A stretch of DNA of 56,309 bases, the filler included, from Platydemus manokwari (Eukaryota): NCBI GenBank assembly GCA_037951405.1. It is 5 parts of 5 records of this genome, joined end to end, with 100 filler letters (N's around TTAATTAATTAA, not from the genome) between each part and the next. Parts side by side here need not be neighbours in the genome. Positions count along the whole stretch, not along the records: positions 46,021 to 56,309 come from JBBMOY011148660.1; 4 more parts are not named here. One strand, given 5' to 3'. Under the pieces are notes generated by a model that saw nothing but the letters and a program-made list of their open reading frames with translations, ran no database searches and was not told where the DNA came from. Position 1 is the first letter of the stretch; every line of letters begins with the position of its first letter. Below, piece after piece: positions 49,601-56,309 of the stretch. A program made the translations under genes and the position numbers.

Positions 49601-52600
49601 GCTCTTCGACTTGTACAAACATCTCACTATTTTACATATTTTATACAATTCATTATTTCCAATATCTTTCAAATAACTTGCACTAACAATCATATATTAA
49701 AAAACAATGTCAAACAACTGAATATTAAAACAAGTAATTGTGTGACTTTCCACCACATAAAGTTCAGACAACTTTAATCATTAGATCTGTCCGAACTTGA
49801 TCGAATCTGGAAATTAAATCTCCACTTTATGTGCCTACTTGAAACCTTGAATTTTTCACTAGTGCCTTCATAGTGATAACCACTGTGGCTAACTCTGGAC
49901 TATTACTTTTAAACGACTTTAAATTCTGGGCGACATCATTCCAAATACCCCGTATACATTTAGTCAGCCGCCTATCCATAATGTGCATGCACCGTTTCCT
50001 TTGATACATATTTGTAACCACTTTCAGCGTGAAGACTTACACTGTCCAAAAGAGGGAATTTTAACAAATCTTGTCAAATAGTGTTGATCGAAAATTCAAT
50101 TCTTGTTACGAGTTTAAACTAGTTTCGCTTCACTCATTTTCGTCGTTCCAATATATGACCTTACTTCTCTGTACATTTATATTATTATTGCGAGTTCTTA
50201 TTAATCCAACCACATTAAAGAAATGTAAGCAACAATAATATAATCATTGATATAGTGCATTGAATATTCATAATCATCACCGTATTGGCTTCCAATGTCG
50301 TCATGGAGTCATAAAATTCGTCTTTCTAGTCTTTGATAATGGCTGTGTAGCACGTGGCAGTTATAATAAACATCAACTCCTAGCCCATATATTAAGCTCT
50401 TGTTTCTCAGTGAGCACTGAATCTAAAATGATCTCCATCGCCACAACAGAATCATTTTCGGATTCGTCAAACCATATCTTTCATTGTATAGTTTTCTATA
50501 AATTTGCTTCATTGATCTTAAAGTATGTTCTTGTCTTTGGTTTGTTTTCCCTCCACTAATTTAGTCATCGAATATTGCCATGTATTCGCGATTTTTTTCG
50601 CACCTCATGCAACATATGAAACTTGTGGAGATATTTCTCTACTTTCGTAGATTTTGGTAAGGGACTGAATTTCGGGAATTTCAATATCTGGCTGCATCAA
50701 AAAAGCACTCTTGTGCCCTCTAGGACACGCGGTCTCTTAGAAACTTCTACCCTGAATTGATGATCAATCCTAGAAGTTTCTGGATTCGAATATTGAATTT
50801 TTGGATTCGCTTACTATCATTTTGTTGAACTCCTTGCTAATTCAGCAATTAAGTTAGCAATCGACATTTTTATTATTAGTGTCCATGAACAACCCTCTTT
50901 GGGTCTTCTTTAGTTCCTTCTTTATTTCTTAAAATCCCAGCTTAACTTAAAAGAGCTTTGAATATAAATGTTATTGATTAATAACCAGTCTTCTGGTTTT
51001 GCCCATCATATTTTCGAAGATTATAATTCATTGCCTGTTATGATTACATCATTAATATTGACAGATTGGCCGTAAATAGTAGTCTAAGAAAATGTATATT
51101 CAATAACAGTACAACATAAATGAATATTATAACAAGCAATATCTTTCAAATAATTTACTATTTTAATATTTTTGCACTGAATTTGTAACCTATTTATTTA
51201 TCGAAAATTATACCAATGACATACATTTCCTCACTGATCTTTTCGACATTAGTTTATGGCTTTTTCTCTGTCATTACCCATCATTTCCGATAAATTTATA
51301 AAGAAAATTCAGGATAATAATCGATACTGTTATTTATTTTCGTGTTCATACGTAAAAAAGAAATATTTGAAATAAACAACATTTTTTGATGACTTTTATG
51401 TTGGTCTAATTTGGCTCACACAATTCAACAATCAATTAAGTATGAATCTCATTTTTAATGATTTATTCATTAAAATTGCTCTGATCACGAATGTTTTATT
51501 ATATCTAATACGTATAAATGTTATGTTTACCAATTTGTCGATCATCTCTAATCTCTGTGATACCTTAAGCTTTTAGACCCAATAATAGATTTTAAAATCT
51601 TTATTATTTGGATTGCTTTTGAAAATCAATGAATAATGATAAAAAATCTGACGTTAATATATTAAGGTATCAATGTAGCAAGCATTAGTTGGCAAATAAT
51701 GATTATATTATTTGATGAGTGTACCTGATTTGTGTTGAGATAATTATATATAATATTATAATAAATCGACAATTATTGTCATTTTTTGATTTTAATTTGA
51801 ATCTAGAATACAATTTCCGTGACGAATCCAACATTCTATGCTCAGAGATTTCAAGATTTCTTCGCTAATGTCGTTTTCAGGAAAATACCTTCGTGTTAGT
51901 AAATCAATATTTGATTATAATTTTATAATTAAAAATCTTTTCTTTATGTTTGAATTCGTTCCTTTCAATGAATTTAATTATTTTATTAATTCTGATTTTA
52001 TTATGATATTTATTATTATTATTATTATTGATCATTATTATAACTGTGGGGATTTTAAAATGGTGATGATGTTTTTTAAAAAGAATTTAAAAGATTTTAT
52101 AATCCGTTTTTACATTTAAAAAATATTAATTTATTAAAATAATTTTATCTCGTGAATTTTCAATTCATATTCAATGCGTGATTTATTTAATAGTAGCGGC
52201 TTACAATAACTGTGTCAAATAATTGACCTCTTCTGATATCTGTTACTCGGTAATCAATAAAGTTAGTTAGTTTTGGTATGTTTTGATTCAGTATTACCAA
52301 AATATTAAAATGGCGTGTGCCGCCACATACGATTAGAAATGGTCTCCATATAAAAAAGCAAAAGAAAATATTTCCAATTTTTAAAAGAATCAAGCTAACT
52401 ATCTCAATATTTTCATTTCAATCTTATATTTTTATCTAATAGAAAAGTGAAATTCTTATTTTGAATATTGAAGATTTACTGCTATTTTTTAAATTTATTA
52501 AAATGCAATCCATTAAATATATCGTGTGTTGAAACAGTTTAATATATCCATAATTTGGAAATATTTTTGATAACTTTACTTGCCACACCGATTAGTGAAT

Positions 52601-52946
52601 GTTTAATTTTCGTAGTTAATGTCTACTGTGAATATTTATTGGTTTATCCTTTATTATCCAATTCATTTGAAAAACTATCGATATATCTTAATCGGAAGAA
52701 AAAGATTTCCTGTGCCAAAATATAAGAAATGTTAGAAAGAAAAAAAAGAAAATATTAAACAACTAATGAGCATCCATGTCATTGTGGACAGAAAAATCTT
52801 CAGTTTATTTTGAAAATATTGAAGAATTTCTAAATATATAACAAATAACGTGTCGAAATGCTCTATGACGGACTCAATATTTAACAAATAAGTTGATTAT
52901 TTTGATGATAAATATGAATGATTGAAAGAATATTTGTTATTTTATA

Positions 52947-52984
<38 letters not shown>

Positions 52985-55222
52985 CTGATAAAATAAATAA
53001 TTTTTTGAACTCAATAGGAATTTTTAATTTTAACTTTGAAACTCACCAGCTTAATTGGAAGATGATTTGATAAATGAAATGTATTTACTTCGATATTAAC
53101 ACTTTTCACGATGAATAATAAAATGATCAGCATATTCTTAAATTGTGTTCTGATACGATGAAGGAGAGAATAAAGTTTTTTGAAACAACTTTGTTGTGTT
53201 TGAAAAGATTCTTTTATATATGTGTGTGTTGGATATTTCGAAAAATCTTAAATATTATTATTAAAACAGCGGAAACGAGTTAAATGTTCTGCATGTGATG
53301 CCATGTTAAAAAAAAATATTACGGTAAACATTTATTTTGATTCGATTGTTGTGAAAAGGATAGATATTCGAATATTTTGCTTTGTGGTGAAGGCCTTTTA
53401 AAAAATGAATTTTGAGGGATCATTGGGTTGCACTAATATGGGAAAGGAGGAAATTCAAATGTCATTCTTGATTAAATTAATCAATAAATTGTGCTTGTAA
53501 ATTATTTGAGTTATTATTATTTCTGGTTTTCAGTAGATCAGCCACAAATTCTAGGCTCACATGCTATAAGATTCCGGAATTTTGTTCATTTGGGTTTGAT
53601 AAAAATATACATGTTATCAATGTTGTGACGTATAGTAATGTTGTTGTTTTTCACTGTTTTGTGTACATTTATTATAACACGTTTGTTTAAATTCTAATAT
53701 TTGTAAAAATACTATTTAATTGACCAATTATAAATTTAGCACTTTAAGTGTAAATCGTCAATCTTTAGAGTAAAAACCTTTACCAAGTCTAGGGGGAGTT
53801 CATAACTCAAGCAGCTATAAGTAGAAATGATAACGTTTCCGTTTTAATGTTAAATAACAGATATTCAATGTATTTGTATATATTTTAAAGCGGGCCCTTG
53901 GACTAAATAAACAAATGGTTCCATCTGTAAAATTCACATGTTTTCGTTAGTTTTAATTGGATGTCGATAATAAAATTAGATTCGATTCAACAATTATATC
54001 ACTATTATTATTATTATTATTAATAGATCATGGTTTGGAATAATGATGATTTTTATATTTTTATTTACATCTCAACAAATATTATGAGATTATTACTCGA
54101 TAAGTACAGCCTTGATTTCATCTACTCATGTCTATATTTCGACTCTTCATTAAATAAGTATAATTTATAAAATGATTCTAATTAGCTCTCATAATTTATT
54201 TGATGTTCATTTTATTATTTTACGTCGGTATCGTTAGATGTGATTTTGATTATTATCAACATATAGAAATCCTAATGTTGACGAGACTTTTGTTTAGCAA
54301 TGCGACACCATCCGGATCGTAAGCGATCATCATCTCTACGTAAAGGTTAGTCAAAACTACTGAATATAATGATGAACTTTTATTTTTGTCTCATACTCTT
54401 TAAATAATTTTCGATTTTTTATTTATTTCAGATGTTTGTGATAAAGAGTTAGTGTGCGATTAACAAATATTTCTGTGTCCTTGTTGTGTTACGTTTTGTT
54501 ACTTCGTATTAGCCTTTATTGCAGTTTTTTTATTGGATTGGGATTATTTTCCTTTGATTATTATATTTATCATATATTCATCTATTGTATTTGTTCTCAC
54601 AAAGAATCTTCGAATTGAGTCAAAATAACATTTAATAATTAAATAGAGCTTTCAGCTGAAAATATTATTTCGAAGAATGGAAATGATTACCACTGGAAGA
54701 ATGACATTAAAAACTACTTGAATAGTTATTGATGAAATCAATCAATGTGTGGAGTTCTCTCTAATCACCTTCAACTGAATGGATAGATCTCGCAATATTC
54801 AGATGTTTTCGATCAATATTGATAATAAGTCGCACGATTTCTTTTATGTTGGATATTTTATTTTTGTTGTCATCATTCTTCTAGAACATTGATATTCTGT
54901 TGTATTAGTTGTGCTTTTTGTTTTATTTTTTATGGCTTTATTTTACAATTATCGGTATCCATTATCGATATTTACTCTTCAAATCCTAATGCTTTGTTTT
55001 CTGTTTTTAGGAAACCTTCTCATTCTCGAGAGATCGGCGGTAAACTGTTTTTTCTTTCATTCTTACTTATTTCTATGATTAGATAAGACAACAACTGCAC
55101 AGACAGAAGATGGTGTAGTTGATGGAGACAAGTGTGGAACGAGTCGGTCGGATGCAACTATTACAAAGATGCAGCAAATGCCACCTGATCAGAATTCACC
55201 AATGATCTTGCATAGTGATTAA
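46634..55222 (+). CDS. PIP5K1: Type I phosphatidylinositol-4-phosphate 5-kinase, 5'-partial
   Basis: Predicted exons: 46634-46712, 46778-46849, 46914-47184, 47284-47796, 49155-49380, 49431-49563, 51807-51894, 53534-53593, 54298-54345, 54432-54447, 55011-55039, 55083-55222. All introns are GT-AG and phase-compatible. Motifs: [83 protein letters not shown]...VFRKIP. The N-lobe exons were not found in this contig. The last exons are less certain. Confidence 0.93.
48146..48390. repeat. 24-26 bp intronic minisatellite
   Basis: About 9-10 variant copies of gtattg(cg)ttgatcatcattgattag. Confidence 0.93.
52045..52117 (+). repeat. Fragment of the 5646-6110 repeat family
   Basis: tgtggggatt...tgatgatg...aaagaatttaaaagattttataatccg matches 5646-5717. 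Confidence 0.7.
52947..52983. repeat. (AAT)n microsatellite
   Basis: About 12 perfect units. Confidence 0.95.
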
Positions 55223-56075
55223 CACACAGGCATATTGATTAATATTTATATCGATTTATATCATTTTGAGATTATTAACCCATGGCTAACCTTAAGTAGG
55301 ATAATCAGGGGACTTATTAATCGATCGATTTTGTAGCCATTTCTCCTCATCCTCACAAATGATATTGGCTGCAACAATTATTGATTAATTTTCCAACACC
55401 TTCATTTTACAGTCAAAGTTGCTTCTAATACCTTCCTTGTCATTGTATTATGATTGTATTTGTCTCACATATCAGCTTATTCATCAAAATTTTGTTATTT
55501 TTGCATCACATTTATGACAGAATGTGTCCAGCCTTTGAATTTTATAGGATCTTTTGATTTATTTTTATTCATTGATTAATATTGTCACTTATTACTGATT
55601 TGTAAAACAATGCATTCACAGATCAGAGAATAAAAGATCATGGCCTTGAACTCACCAATTATTGAATGATGGGTTCGTGATTTTATCCGCTACTGATGAG
55701 TGAAAAATGCTATTAAGCTGGTCTATTGAAGTGAAATTGCTACAATTATCTCTGCATCAAATCTTCATTGCTGTGCACGTACTTGCTCAATATTGTAATA
55801 AATTAAGAGCAAGTTAAATCACGCTTAATATTGCATGTCACCTAAATTGTATTCATCGGTTGCTATAAAGTAACCAGTTGATGAAACAATTGGTGTTCTA
55901 CAACGATTGGAATTTTCAACCATTTTATCTTGATAATTCGATTCCTTCGTGAAACATATTTCAAATCCGGAATGTGTTTATTGTTTCTTCAATTGTTATT
56001 GAATTTTGTTTCCTATATTCTTGTTCGTATGTCTATCCCCTATGTTATGAGAATGCAAAATTTTATTTTAACATA

Positions 56076-56305
56076 AAAAATTTTCGTTTAGAGTCGGTGG
56101 GATATCCTTCACCTTATTTTCAGTTGGTATGCTTCGATAGCTTTCAGTAGTTGTCTTCCTTTGTAGGCAGAAGAATTATCTTCATAATCCTGAGAGTACG
56201 ACAGTTCTGATTTTGGTCCGTGCCGGATAGTGTTTTTGATTTTCTAGTTTTTTTCTATTACAGATAGTAAATTGCTAATATGTTTGAGGTCTGTATGAAA
56301 ATGTC
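56076..56305. repeat. Dispersed repeat, copy B (reaches the window end)
   Basis: Matches 44699-44930. Confidence 0.93.
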
Positions 56306-56309
56306 TAAG

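Noticed and set aside
49830-50880. Coding-like minus-strand intronic segment, possibly a gag remnant
   Set aside because: Only a vague PDIEI/PKFS resemblance with many stops, so no family could be supported.

Overview
Very AT-rich eukaryotic DNA with many short (about 43-65 nt) GT-AG introns. The intron style, the intronless orphan GPCR and the transposon content suggest an invertebrate, probably a planarian flatworm (inference). The window is not necessarily contiguous: four artificial 100-bp linkers (N44-TTAATTAATTAA-N44) and one 130-N gap divide it into separate pieces. Genes: an intronless rhodopsin-family GPCR (12985-14064 +), UQCRB (26947-27318 +), an orphan low-complexity ORF convergent with it (27425-28144 -), a roughly 18-exon TMEM67/meckelin gene (29676-34940 -), and the 3' part of a type I PIP5K gene (46634-55222 +) with a very large kinase insert, a cassette-like exon and two micro-exons. 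Intergenic DNA holds decayed Chapaev3-like, hAT, mariner/Tc1, Gypsy and LINE remnants plus satellites. The most notable signal is a dispersed non-coding repeat of about 650-770 bp (about 1820-2465 and 19340-20112) carrying type III hammerhead ribozyme motifs on the minus strand. One copy has a single motif and the other has two in tandem, which is a retrozyme-like, circle-forming layout. All three motifs are partly decayed. All family calls come from manual translation and remembered motifs; no database searches were run.
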